The translations under genes and the position numbers were made by a program. A stretch of 64,000 bases of DNA from assembly GCA_965213925.1 (NCBI GenBank), contig OZ243927.1, positions 64,001 through 128,000 of the forward strand. Direction: 5' to 3'. The notes below the pieces were generated by a model. That model saw nothing but the letters and a program-made list of their open reading frames with translations. It had not been told where the DNA came from and searched no databases. This stretch comes from Trueperaceae bacterium (GTDB taxonomy: Bacteria; Deinococcota; Deinococci; Deinococcales; Trueperaceae). Every line of letters begins with the position of its first letter. The stretch's first letter is position 1. Positions 38,789 to 48,262 of this stretch are shown piece after piece.

Positions 38789-39165
38789 GGTTCGAGCGGG
38801 GTGTTTAGCTCGAGCAAGTTTCCCTCCGGGTCCCTAAGATGCGCCGTGCGAATCCCCCACGAGGGTCGGTCTTGAATCTCGGTGACAAAGGTTGCACCTC
38901 TCTCTTTCAAGCCTCGAACAGCGCTTTCTAAATCGTCAACGTGGAAGATGAGCACAGCGCTGTCCGAATGAGAGGTCAAAGGAGCGATAATACCAGTCAT
39001 GACTTCGTGGGCGCTAATGGCGATGAGCAACCCGTCTCCCGCTCGAAAGTCGGCGTAGCTGCCCGATTCTCCACCCCAGACGACCTCGAGCATCATCACG
39101 TCACGGTAAAAGTGGAAGCAAGCCTTATAGTTGTCAACAAGCAAGCGGGTGTGGGTGAGTTTCAC
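38785..39165 (-). CDS. VOC (glyoxalase) family protein
   Basis: FYRDV, FHVDDL, WGIRTAHLRDPEGNLLEL. Confidence 0.92.
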   Translation of the reverse strand: MKLTHTRLLVDNYKACFHFYRDVMMLEVVWGGESGSYADFRAGDGLLIAISAHEVMTGIIAPLTSHSDSAVLIFHVDDLESAVRGLKERGATFVTEIQDRPSWGIRTAHLRDPEGNLLELNTPLEP

Positions 39166-39250
39166 AGCGTGACCTCTTCTATTTTCATAATCATCAACCT
39201 AACGAACGCGAAAGACAACGTTGTGTCAGTAGCACGTAGAGGGTCAGTGT

Positions 39251-40435
39251 TCAACTCGAGATAATAAGGTCATCCAAACCTCTTGGGTATTCCGTCAAAA
39301 ATTCAGGCTCACCTTCTGTCACCAAAATCGTGTCCGAGTGGCGGAAGCCTCCTAAGTCCGGCACGTAGAGCCCAGGCTCGACGGTGAAGAGCATTCCGGG
39401 CTCCATCACGGTGTCGTCGCCGATGTCTAAAAACGGACCTTCGTGATAGCGGATGCCGATGTTATGCCCGGTGTGGTGCCGCCAGTTGTCCATGAGGTCG
39501 TGGCGCTTAAAGTAGGCACGCACCGCTTTATCTACGCTGCTGCACGGCTCCCCCGCGCGGCAGAGGTCAATGGCGAGGTCTTGTAAGGCGAGCATGTGCC
39601 CGAAGTAGCGCCGCTGCACCTCACTCGGCTCGCCGACGAACATGGTGCGCTCGAGTTCAGAGTAATACCCGAACATCGGACAACTCGCCCCGGTCACGAG
39701 CGTGTCCCCCTCCTTAAAGACCGCGTTAATATCTAAGCTGTGCGGCAGGGCGCTGTGCTCGCCGACTTGTCCTCGGTAGGTCGCAAAGGGACCGCTCCGT
39801 CCCCAAGCGAGGGCGCGGTATTCGCCTCCGTACTCGGCAAGAAGCTCACGGTTCGCTTCCGCGCTCGCCCTTTCCGAAACCTCGCTCTCGTTCGCGCCGA
39901 CTTCCGTGTAATCCTGCAGCAGCCGGTGCGCCCGCGCCGCCCACCGCGCCGACTCGCGAATGAGCGCGACCTCTCCTTCGCTTTTAACGTACATCGCCGT
40001 GTCTATATCAAAAGGCTCGACTTCAATGTCCAACAACTCGGTGAGTTTCGGTCCCCTATAGCCCATCACCTTGCCGTAGCCGTCTCCGTCTCCGAGGAGT
40101 CGCCCCTGTCCCATCTTCAATTCTCGCAAGAGGTCGCTCAGATAATTCATGGGATGCCGCGCGTCCGGGTACTCGGGGTACGCCTCGACGCGGTCCACGA
40201 GGGCGTAGGCTCGGGCGTGTTCAAGCTCGAGGCGCGGCGCGAGCAAGACCGCCTCTCCTGCGCGGGAGAGCACGAGGGCGATGGGGCGCTCGGTCGGCAC
40301 GAAGGAGAAGCCCGAGAGGTAGAAAATGGGGGCGCTCCCCCACCAGACGAAGCCCTTTGCATCCTCCTCGAGGTGACCCAGCAGCGTCTCTCTTCTCTGC
40401 GCGTACTCAGCGGCGTGAATTGGAGTAGCAGTCAT
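39251..40435 (-). CDS. M24-family peptidase/hydrolase (Xaa-Pro peptidase fold)
   Basis: KSEGE, SELERT, HHTGHNIG, TVEPGLY, FRHSDT; several canonical metal ligands are substituted. Confidence 0.88.
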   Translation of the reverse strand: MTATPIHAAEYAQRRETLLGHLEEDAKGFVWWGSAPIFYLSGFSFVPTERPIALVLSRAGEAVLLAPRLELEHARAYALVDRVEAYPEYPDARHPMNYLSDLLRELKMGQGRLLGDGDGYGKVMGYRGPKLTELLDIEVEPFDIDTAMYVKSEGEVALIRESARWAARAHRLLQDYTEVGANESEVSERASAEANRELLAEYGGEYRALAWGRSGPFATYRGQVGEHSALPHSLDINAVFKEGDTLVTGASCPMFGYYSELERTMFVGEPSEVQRRYFGHMLALQDLAIDLCRAGEPCSSVDKAVRAYFKRHDLMDNWRHHTGHNIGIRYHEGPFLDIGDDTVMEPGMLFTVEPGLYVPDLGGFRHSDTILVTEGEPEFLTEYPRGLDDLIISS

Positions 40436-40588
40436 AGCTTTAGCTTACCCGGCGAAGTGTCTCGAGAGGGCGGTTTGTAGCGTGGGAAGCTCGAGGAGGC
40501 GTTGTGAGGTCTTTTTGCTCGAGCGGTGATGCTGCTTAACCCTTTGAATTTCACACAATCATCTTTTTTAGAGAGAGTGCGCGGCGTA

Positions 40589-40616
40589 GTAGGGGGGATT
40601 CATGAATCCCCCCTAC
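40589..40616. repeat. GTAG-type REP palindrome
   Basis: Perfect 28-bp palindrome GTAGGGGGGATTCATGAATCCCCCCTAC. Confidence 0.8.
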
Positions 40617-40688
40617 ATTTGCCTCCTTCTGTGATTTTTCCAGCGTGGTCTACCAATACCTACGAGACCGCAACCCGTACAATGACCC

Positions 40689-41696
40689 ATGCATTTTCGC
40701 CGCACCTACACCACCATCGACACGCACACCGCAGGCGAGCCGCTGCGCATCGTCACAGCGGGCATTCCGCGCATCCCCGGCGAGACGATTTTGGAAAAGC
40801 GGCGCTGGGTCAGCACCCACATAGACGACGTACGTAAAAGCCTCATGTGGGAGCCGCGCGGACACGCCGACATGTACGGGGCGTACCTCACGGAGCCCGT
40901 CACATCCGAGGCGGATTTCGGCGTCATCTTTATGCATAACGAAGGCTACAGCGATATGTGCGGGCACGGCGTCATCGCGCTAGCGACGGTGGCAGTAGCG
41001 CAGGGCTTGGTGGAGGTGACGACGCCAGAGACGCGAGTCGGGATGGATACGCCGGCGGGATTCATCGAGGCATTTGTAGCGTGGGATGGACACAAAGTTG
41101 GGACGGTCAGATTCAGAAACGTGCCGTCCTTTCTCTACGCTCGAGACCTCCGCGTGAACACGCCTAGCTTCGGCGAAGTCACAGTGGATATCGCCTTCGG
41201 CGGCGCGTTTTACGCCTATTTAGACGGAGCACAAGCGGGGCTAGAGGTTAGACCAGAGCGTTACAGCGAACTTATCCAACTAGGCGACGAGGTGAAAAAA
41301 GTGGTGATGGCAACCGCGGCGGTGCAGCACCCCCTCATCCCCGAACTGAACACGCTTTACGGCGCGATTATTGGCGGCGAGCCGCAGCATGAGGGCTCGA
41401 CGCAAGCCAACGTCTGCGTGTTCGCCGACCGAGAGGTGGACCGCTCGCCGACGGGCACGGGTACGGCGGGGCGGGCGGCGCAGCTTTACGCGAGAGGTAA
41501 GCTGAGTAAAGATGACGTGCTTGTAAACGAAAGCATTATCGGCACGGTGTTCGAGGGGCGGGTGCTTGAAGAGGTCACGGTGGGCGAATTCGCTGCCGTT
41601 ATTCCCGAGGTGAGCGGACGCGCCTTCATCACAGGATTTAATCAGTGGGTGGTGGACCCTGATGACCCAGTAGCGAAGGGGTTTTTTCTCCGGTAG
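40689..41696 (+). CDS. Proline racemase family; probable trans-3-hydroxy-L-proline dehydratase
   Basis: EPRGHADMYG, MCGH (Cys) and DRSPTGTG (Thr replaces the second Cys). Confidence 0.88.
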   Translation: MHFRRTYTTIDTHTAGEPLRIVTAGIPRIPGETILEKRRWVSTHIDDVRKSLMWEPRGHADMYGAYLTEPVTSEADFGVIFMHNEGYSDMCGHGVIALATVAVAQGLVEVTTPETRVGMDTPAGFIEAFVAWDGHKVGTVRFRNVPSFLYARDLRVNTPSFGEVTVDIAFGGAFYAYLDGAQAGLEVRPERYSELIQLGDEVKKVVMATAAVQHPLIPELNTLYGAIIGGEPQHEGSTQANVCVFADREVDRSPTGTGTAGRAAQLYARGKLSKDDVLVNESIIGTVFEGRVLEEVTVGEFAAVIPEVSGRAFITGFNQWVVDPDDPVAKGFFLR

Positions 41697-41820
41697 ACTT
41701 GCGTCAAGCTGTTAGCGCTTAGCTGTTAGCAAAACCCGAAAGTCGGTGCCTACAGGCTAAAGGTCGAGCGCTGCAAAAAACAACACTACATCCTCTTCAC
41801 TGCCAACGATAGGAGACTCC

Positions 41821-42771
41821 GTGCTCGCCTTTTTAACCCGCCGCGTTTTACTCTCTCTACCTGCACTCTTCGGCGTCGCGCTGGTCGTCTTTTTGCTGAT
41901 GCGAGCCGTGCCGGGGGACGTGGTGACGAGCCTCGTGGGGCTAGAGGGCAACATCACCCCGGAGCGGCGCGCCGAGATAGAACGCATGTTCGGGCTGGAT
42001 TTGCCCGTTCATGTGCAGTTCGGACAGTGGCTCGCGGCGGCGGTGCAGGGCGACCTCGGCAGTTCGCTGCGGACGGGGCGACCTGTCGGGGTTGACTTAG
42101 CGTTGCGCTTTCCTGTGACCTTGCAACTCACCTTATTCAGCCTGCTCGTCGCGCTCCTCATCGCGGTGCCTGCGGGCATTGCCGCCGCGCTTAAACGCGG
42201 GCGCGTGCTGGACTATGCAGTCTCAGTCTTCGCGCTGCTCGGGCTGTCGCTGCCGAGCTTTTTTCTGGGTATTCTGCTCATCTTGCTCTTCTCGCTCCAG
42301 TTAGGCTGGCTGCCCCCTGCGGGCTACGTGCCTTTCACCGAAGCGCCTTTAGAGAATCTGCGGCACATGCTCCTCCCGTCCGTCTCGCTCGGGCTGGTGC
42401 TCGCCGCCGCGACCACGCGCATCGTTCGCTCCACCATGTTAGAGGTCTTAAACCGAGACTTTGTGCGCACAGCGCGGGCGAAAGGGTTGGGGGAGCCGCG
42501 CGTGGTCTACCGTCACGCGCTGCGCAACGCACTCATCCCGGTGGTGACGGTGGTGGGGCTTCAGTTCGGGACGCTCTTAGGCGGCGTGGTCATCATCGAG
42601 CAGGTTTTTAGCTTGCCAGGGGTAGGGCGCTTCGCTTTGGAAGGGATTAATCTCCGCGACTACCCGGTGGTACAAGGGGCGGTGCTCCTGATTGCGTCCG
42701 CGTTTATCGTCGTGAACCTCTTCGTGGATGTGCTCTATTCGCTCATCGACCCGCGTATTCGCTATGGTTAG
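41821..42771 (+). CDS. Peptide ABC transporter permease (DppB-like)
   Basis: GDLGSS, RTARAKGL, HALRNA, RDYPVVQG, DPRI. Confidence 0.95.
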   Translation: MLAFLTRRVLLSLPALFGVALVVFLLMRAVPGDVVTSLVGLEGNITPERRAEIERMFGLDLPVHVQFGQWLAAAVQGDLGSSLRTGRPVGVDLALRFPVTLQLTLFSLLVALLIAVPAGIAAALKRGRVLDYAVSVFALLGLSLPSFFLGILLILLFSLQLGWLPPAGYVPFTEAPLENLRHMLLPSVSLGLVLAAATTRIVRSTMLEVLNRDFVRTARAKGLGEPRVVYRHALRNALIPVVTVVGLQFGTLLGGVVIIEQVFSLPGVGRFALEGINLRDYPVVQGAVLLIASAFIVVNLFVDVLYSLIDPRIRYG

Positions 42772-43639
42772 GGGAGGCTCGAGCACGACGAAATCCAGCC
42801 GATTAAACACTTTGGGAAACTCCCTGGGCAACAACCTCGCGGGCGTTACAGGTGGACTACTCGTCCTCACCGTAACCTTCGCAGCCCTCTTCGCGCCGCT
42901 CGTCGCGCCTTACGACCCCATCGCCCTAAACCCGTCGGCGCGGCTGCAAGGACCCACGGTAGAGCACTTCGTCGGCACCGACCAGTACGGACGCGACACC
43001 TTCTCGCGCATCCTCTACGGCGGGCGTGTGTCGCTCTTCGTGGCGTTCGCGTCGGTGGCGTTCGCTGCGGTTGTCGGCGGCTTACTGGGACTTCTGAGCG
43101 GCTTTTATAGGGGCTGGCTCGACGCGCTTTTGATGCGCGTGACCGACGTGCTCCTCTCCTTCCCTGCCATCCTCTTAGCGATTGCACTCCTAGCTTTCTT
43201 CGGCAGCGGCACGACCAACCTAGTTCTCGCCATCGGCATCATCTATACGGGACCCTTCGTGCGGGTGGCGCGGGCGGCGGTCTTCACCGTGCGCGAGGAG
43301 CTTTACGTCGAAGCGGGGCGAGCGTTAGGCGCAAACGACGGACGCATCCTCTTCGCCGCTGTGCTCCCCAACGCCGCCGGACCCCTCATCATCGAAGTGA
43401 CCCTGCGACTCGCCTACGCGATTCTCGCCGAAGCCTCGCTCTCCTTTTTAGGGCTCGGCGTGCAGCCGCCCGCGCCGAGTTGGGGGCAGATGATCGCGGA
43501 CGGGCGCTCCTTTTTAGCGCTGAGCCCTTGGGCAACCGTCGCGCCAGGGCTCGCCATCATGGTCACGGTACTCGGCTTCAACCTCTTGGGCGACGCGCTG
43601 AGAGACGCGCTCGACCCTAGATTGAACAAAAGCAGTTGA
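42764..43639 (+). CDS. Peptide ABC transporter permease (DppC-like)
   Basis: GTDQYGRD, EASLSFLGLG, NLLGDALRDALDP. Confidence 0.95.
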   Translation: MVRGGSSTTKSSRLNTLGNSLGNNLAGVTGGLLVLTVTFAALFAPLVAPYDPIALNPSARLQGPTVEHFVGTDQYGRDTFSRILYGGRVSLFVAFASVAFAAVVGGLLGLLSGFYRGWLDALLMRVTDVLLSFPAILLAIALLAFFGSGTTNLVLAIGIIYTGPFVRVARAAVFTVREELYVEAGRALGANDGRILFAAVLPNAAGPLIIEVTLRLAYAILAEASLSFLGLGVQPPAPSWGQMIADGRSFLALSPWATVAPGLAIMVTVLGFNLLGDALRDALDPRLNKSS

Positions 43640-43694
43640 AAGCAATGAGCAATGAGTCTAAAGCCTTTCACTCATTGCTCGGCACTCATTGCTG
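43640..43694. repeat. GCAATGA/TCATTGC heptamer inverted repeat
   Basis: AGCAATGAGCAATGAG...CTCATTGCTCGGCACTCATTGCT. Confidence 0.75.
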
Positions 43695-43759
43695 TCCTTC
43701 TCCATTAGAATTGCGTTAGAATCATCTTGAGGCTACGTTACAACTCACGGAGGTTTCGC

Positions 43760-45295
43760 ATGAAGAGGTTTTTCGTCGTCTTTCTCGCCCTTTTACCCTT
43801 TGCCTTAATGTCACTCGTTGGGGCGCAGCAGCCCGGCGGCACGCTCCGCGTAGGGATGCAGACCGACCCCGTCGGGCTCGACCCGCACACTACCAACGCC
43901 ACAGCGACGCGCAACATGCTCGAGAACGTCTACGACACCTTAGTCATGTTCGACAGCACCTTACAGATCGTCCCCGGCTTAGCCGAGTCGTGGGAAGCGT
44001 CCGAGGACGGGCTCACCTGGACCTTCACCCTACGCCCTGACGTGACCTTTCACAACGGCGACCCGCTCACCGCTCCCGACGTGGTCTTTTCGCTGAACCG
44101 CATCACCGACCCAAGCGTCGCCTCGCCCCGCTCGGGTGACTTTGCGGTGATCGAGTCGGTTGAAGCGCCGGACGACGCCACCGTCGTCATCAACCTCTCC
44201 GAGCCCTTCAGCCCGCTCTTGTCCAAGCTCGCGCAGAGCCTCAACGTTATTGTCTCAGAAGAGGTGGCGACGGAGAACGACAACGACCTAAATAGCGTCG
44301 TTATCGGTACAGGTCCATTCACGTTTGTGGAATACCTGCCGCAGACGCGGCTCGTCTTGGAAAAGTACGAGGACTTTTGGGGCACGGACGACGCGGGTAA
44401 CGCGCTGCCCTACTTGGACGGCATCACCTTTCAGTTCTACCCGGAGCCTGCCGCTCGCACCACCGCCGTGCAGACGGGCAACGTAGACTGGATCGAGTAC
44501 GTGCCAGCGGCGGACGTGGCGATCCTCGAGGCGGACCCCAACATCGAAGTCGTCGGCGGGCTCTCGGCGAACTTCAGGAGCATCTACCTCAACGTGACGC
44601 GCGAGCCTTTGGGCGACCCGCTCGTGCGCCGCGCCCTCGCTTATGCGATTGACGAACAAGCCGTGGTAGACATCGCGCTCTTCGGGGCGGGCGGCGTGGC
44701 GGCGGCAGGCACGACGATTCCGACGGGCAACTTTTACGCGGTGGAAGAGAGCCCCTATACCGGGCGAGACGCGGAGCGAGCCAGAGAACTCTTAGAGGAG
44801 GCGGGCTACGGCGACGGCTTCTCCTTCGACCTCTACGTGACGAGCACCTACGACTTTCTGCGCACGCCCGCCGAAATCATCCAAGCCAACCTCGCCGAAA
44901 TCGGCGTCACCGCCAACATCGTCGCAGAGGATTGGAGCATCTATTTGCCTACCGTGCAAGAATTCGACTTCGACGCGACCATCCTGGGCGAGTCCGGTCA
45001 GAGCGACCCCGACGACTTTTTGTACGATGTGTTTCATTCGGAGGGCGGCGGCAACTTCGGCGAGTACAGCAACCCGGAACTCGACGCACTTTTAGAGGAG
45101 GGACGCCGCGTGAGCGGTCAAGAGGAGCGTAAAGCAGTCTACGAAGAGGTGCAAGCGCTCATCTTAGAAGAGTCTCCGCATGTATTCCTCTTTCACTCCG
45201 CGCAGTATGAGGCGTTGCAGTCTTATGTGCAGGGGTTCGAACACTTTCCGAATACGAGTTATTTAGGATTGCGGACGACGTGGTTGGAGAGGTGA
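43760..45295 (+). CDS. Peptide ABC transporter substrate-binding protein (family 5)
   Basis: Signal peptide; LDP, PGLAESW, TFHNG, GTGPF. Confidence 0.95.
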   Translation: MKRFFVVFLALLPFALMSLVGAQQPGGTLRVGMQTDPVGLDPHTTNATATRNMLENVYDTLVMFDSTLQIVPGLAESWEASEDGLTWTFTLRPDVTFHNGDPLTAPDVVFSLNRITDPSVASPRSGDFAVIESVEAPDDATVVINLSEPFSPLLSKLAQSLNVIVSEEVATENDNDLNSVVIGTGPFTFVEYLPQTRLVLEKYEDFWGTDDAGNALPYLDGITFQFYPEPAARTTAVQTGNVDWIEYVPAADVAILEADPNIEVVGGLSANFRSIYLNVTREPLGDPLVRRALAYAIDEQAVVDIALFGAGGVAAAGTTIPTGNFYAVEESPYTGRDAERARELLEEAGYGDGFSFDLYVTSTYDFLRTPAEIIQANLAEIGVTANIVAEDWSIYLPTVQEFDFDATILGESGQSDPDDFLYDVFHSEGGGNFGEYSNPELDALLEEGRRVSGQEERKAVYEEVQALILEESPHVFLFHSAQYEALQSYVQGFEHFPNTSYLGLRTTWLER

Positions 45296-45300
45296 GGAAG

Positions 45301-45370
45301 GAGCAATGAGTTCCGAGCAATGAGTAAAAGTCTTTCAACTCATTGCTCATTGCTTTCAACTCATTGCTTC
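45301..45370. repeat. GCAATGA/TCATTGC heptamer inverted repeat (empty reference copy)
   Basis: GAGCAATGAGTTCCGAGCAATGAG...CTCATTGCTCATTGCTTTCAACTCATTGCT. Confidence 0.75.
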
Positions 45371-45393
45371 TTACCTTTTCGCTACACTGCGCT

Positions 45394-46505
45394 ATGCTTC
45401 TCACCCCTCGGCGCATCCTCCACATCGACGCGGACGCCTTTTACGCCAGCGTGGAGCAGCGCGATAAGCCCGAATTAAGAGGTCAACCTGTCGCGGTGGG
45501 GTGGTCCGAGCAGGGCGGGGTGGTCTTGACTGCGAGCTACGAGGCGCGGCGCTACGGCGTCCATAGTGCGATGCCGTCTATTCAAGCAAAACGTCTTTGT
45601 CCCGAACTCATCTTCGTGCCCGCTCGTATGGCGCTTTACAAAGAACTCAGCCTCGCCATCCGTGAGATTTTTGGACGCTATACCGATGTGCTCGAGCTTG
45701 TCTCCATCGACGAGGCGAGGCGTATTTGGACGTGACCCAACCTAAACAGGGTCCGGCGTCGGGCACGCTCGTTGGCAGAGCGATCAAGCAAGAGGTCAAA
45801 GAGGAGACGGGGCTCACCGTCTCGGTAGGCGTGGCGGCGGGCAAGTTCTTAGCGAAGCTCGCCAGCGGGATGAACAAGCCCGACGGTCTCACCGTGATTA
45901 CACCAGAGGACGCCGCCGCGATTTTGATCTCTTTGCCTGTTGCCAAGATTCACGGCGTCGGTCCGGTGACAGCCCAGAGACTGCATGAACGTCATATCTT
46001 TACAGGGGGTGACTTGCTGGAATGCTCGTTGGGAGAACTCGAGGCTCACTTCGGCAAGTTCGGCGGTTTTCTCTACCAGATTGTGAGAGGTCAAGACGAG
46101 CGTCCGGTTAAAGCGAGAGAGCGCAAGTCGTACGGGGCAGAACGCACCTTTGTAACGCCTTTGCAACGTGAGGAAGAGGTGCTGGGGGTGCTGGGGCCAC
46201 TTACTGAACACGTTGCGCTTTACCTCGAGAACGCCAACCTCTGCGCCCGCACGCTAACGCTTAAACTTAAAGACAAGCACTATCAGGGCGTCACCCGCTC
46301 CGTGACGCCTGCGCAGCCGCTCCAAAACGTCGAGACGATGACCTTGTTTGTTCGGCAACTCCTACGCGCCAACCTTGACCAGCTACCCGTTCGGCTCGCT
46401 GGGGTGAGCGTGAGCAATTTGCAAGGACCGAGTAAGGTGGTGCAGCCTGGGCTTTTTCCTGACTTAGATTCTAATTCAGCGTGCGCACAAGCTGAGCGTC
46501 AATAA
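45394..46505 (+). pseudogene. dinB: DNA polymerase IV, frameshifted by a 5-bp duplication
   Basis: HIDADAFYASVE, ASYEAR; SIDEA|YLDVT split by GAGGCGAGGC at 45712-45721; LAKLASGMNKPDG downstream. Confidence 0.92.
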
Positions 46506-46872
46506 TTTTCTGGTCTTGTGTGAGCAGAGTTGCGCCTAAAACCCGCGCTGTTGCAACGATGACGCGGTCCCCAGGATCACGGTGAAAACTGTCGGGGAGG
46601 GCAGCGACCTCAGCGGCGATGGCGGGCGTGATGTTGACCTGTCTTACATGCGGAGGCGTAACGGCTCGTTCCAAAAAATCTCTTAGGGGTATCTCGAGTT
46701 CGATGCGGTTCAAGCTGTAGAGCGTCGCGATTTCCCAAAGCGTCATATCAGACACGAGGAGAGGTATTCCTGTTTCAAAAGCCGTCTTTATAGCTTCTCG
46801 GTGACTCGGCGCGAGTCGAGGGTCTTTGAAAACCCAGTGCAAAAGCACATGAGTGTCGAGTAGCACATTCAA
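46471..46872 (-). CDS. vapC: VapC/PIN toxin
   Basis: LLDTHVLL, WEIA, HRDPGDRVIVATA, TQD. Confidence 0.92.
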   Translation of the reverse strand: MNVLLDTHVLLHWVFKDPRLAPSHREAIKTAFETGIPLLVSDMTLWEIATLYSLNRIELEIPLRDFLERAVTPPHVRQVNITPAIAAEVAALPDSFHRDPGDRVIVATARVLGATLLTQDQKIIDAQLVRTLN

Positions 46873-47111
46873 AACTCACCGCGCTCGGCGTCCCAGGCTT
46901 CGGGCGGCAGGGGCGGTTCGATAACATCGCCGATAATTCTCCCTGTTCCAGCGAGTGTATCTTGTGGATAGGTCTCTCTCGGTACAGGCGGCACGAGTTG
47001 AGCCACAGGTTTACCGCGTTTGAGAATCGTCACCGTCTCACCTGTTTGACCGACTTCATCTAAAATCGCTAGGCACTTCGCTTTGAATTCAGAAGCGTTG
47101 ATAGTTTTCAT
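46869..47111 (-). CDS. Phd/YefM antitoxin
   Basis: ASEFKAKCLAILDEV...TILKRGKPVAQLVP; 4-bp overlap with toxin. Confidence 0.92.
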   Translation of the reverse strand: MKTINASEFKAKCLAILDEVGQTGETVTILKRGKPVAQLVPPVPRETYPQDTLAGTGRIIGDVIEPPLPPEAWDAERGEF

Positions 47112-47161
47112 ATGACCAGTTTAACTGACTAGATCAAAACTTACAACCAACTTGTCAACCT

Positions 47162-48085
47162 CTAGCGGTTGCCCCAGTAATACGTCTTCACATAATGCGC
47201 CCACAGCCCCTGATACCAGCCGTAGCGCTCGGCAAGTTCTCTGGCGCTGCCCTGGCTAATCTCGAGCCCGCTCGTATACACCCCAGAAATAGCAGGCAAC
47301 AACCCCGTATCCGTCCAGGGCGTCCGCTCATAGCGCCCCAACCCGCGCAGCATAATGAAGTCAATCGACCACGCGCCGATGCCTTTAATTCCCGTGAGCC
47401 ACTTCGATACCTCGGCGTAAGGTGCAGTGCGCAAGAAGTCTTCATCCGCAGTGGCAAAAACGCGGATGAGGTCTAAAAACCGCTCCGTCTTACGGGTGTT
47501 GTTCGTCGCCTCTAAAACTCTTTTTTCGGGATTGTCCAACATCTGCGAGGCTTCGGGAAAGGCGCGGAGCGTCACGCCATTAATTTCTAAACTTTTACCG
47601 AACAACTCGGTGAGCCGCTTCATTGTGAGGTGCGCGAAGGAGTTGGGCGTGCGCTGCTGAATGAGCGCCCAGCACGCCGCCTCAAAGGGTGTCAAGACCT
47701 TAAACGCATGGTAGCCGTAGAGGTTGCGCACAAGCTCTGAAAAGATGGGGTCACTCTGAGCAAGGGTGTGAAAGGGCGTGAGATCATCGTCCAATGAGAG
47801 GAAGAAGCGGATGCGGTCTTGGGTAGCGTTTACAAATTCATCCGATAAAGATTCGGCGTGGAGGGTGCACTCGAGCCCCGGCTCCTCCACCGTCCCCACA
47901 TCTTTAACGCGAAAAAACACGGGCTCACCACCCACACTCACGACTCTTCGCAGTACACTTCCCTCTATTTGCTCATGCGCGGGGTTGCGTTCGTAGTCTC
48001 GAGCGCGAAAGCGGCGCACGAAGTTCAAAGTCTGCTCGAAGTCGAAAGGTGGCGTCGGCGTCAGCGTGAGGGTATGGCACTCCAT
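47162..48085 (-). CDS. alkA: DNA-3-methyladenine glycosylase II (AlkA family)
   Basis: PFEAACWALIQQ, AFPEA, HhH motif IKGIGAWS, downstream D. Confidence 0.85.
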   Translation of the reverse strand: MECHTLTLTPTPPFDFEQTLNFVRRFRARDYERNPAHEQIEGSVLRRVVSVGGEPVFFRVKDVGTVEEPGLECTLHAESLSDEFVNATQDRIRFFLSLDDDLTPFHTLAQSDPIFSELVRNLYGYHAFKVLTPFEAACWALIQQRTPNSFAHLTMKRLTELFGKSLEINGVTLRAFPEASQMLDNPEKRVLEATNNTRKTERFLDLIRVFATADEDFLRTAPYAEVSKWLTGIKGIGAWSIDFIMLRGLGRYERTPWTDTGLLPAISGVYTSGLEISQGSARELAERYGWYQGLWAHYVKTYYWGNR

Positions 48086-48140
48086 GCCTTATGAGACAGC
48101 GTTCGCGTGTAAAAGACAGGGCGCTGGCTTGCAGGATAAA

Positions 48141-48262
48141 AGCAGCAACGAGTTCCGAGCAATGCTCCGACCGCAGGGAGACCGCCCGCAATGAGTCAAA
48201 AGCAACGAGTCTAAAGCCTTTCACTCACCGTTCGTCCAGCTCGACTGGATTGCTCACCGCTT
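48141..48262. repeat. Heptamer repeat with two micro-insertions (48165-48193 and 48228-48249)
   Basis: Comparison with copies at 43640 and 45301. Confidence 0.7.

Noticed and set aside
45700..45740. Programmed ribosomal frameshift in dinB
   Set aside because: No slippery heptamer; a 5-bp duplication fully explains the break
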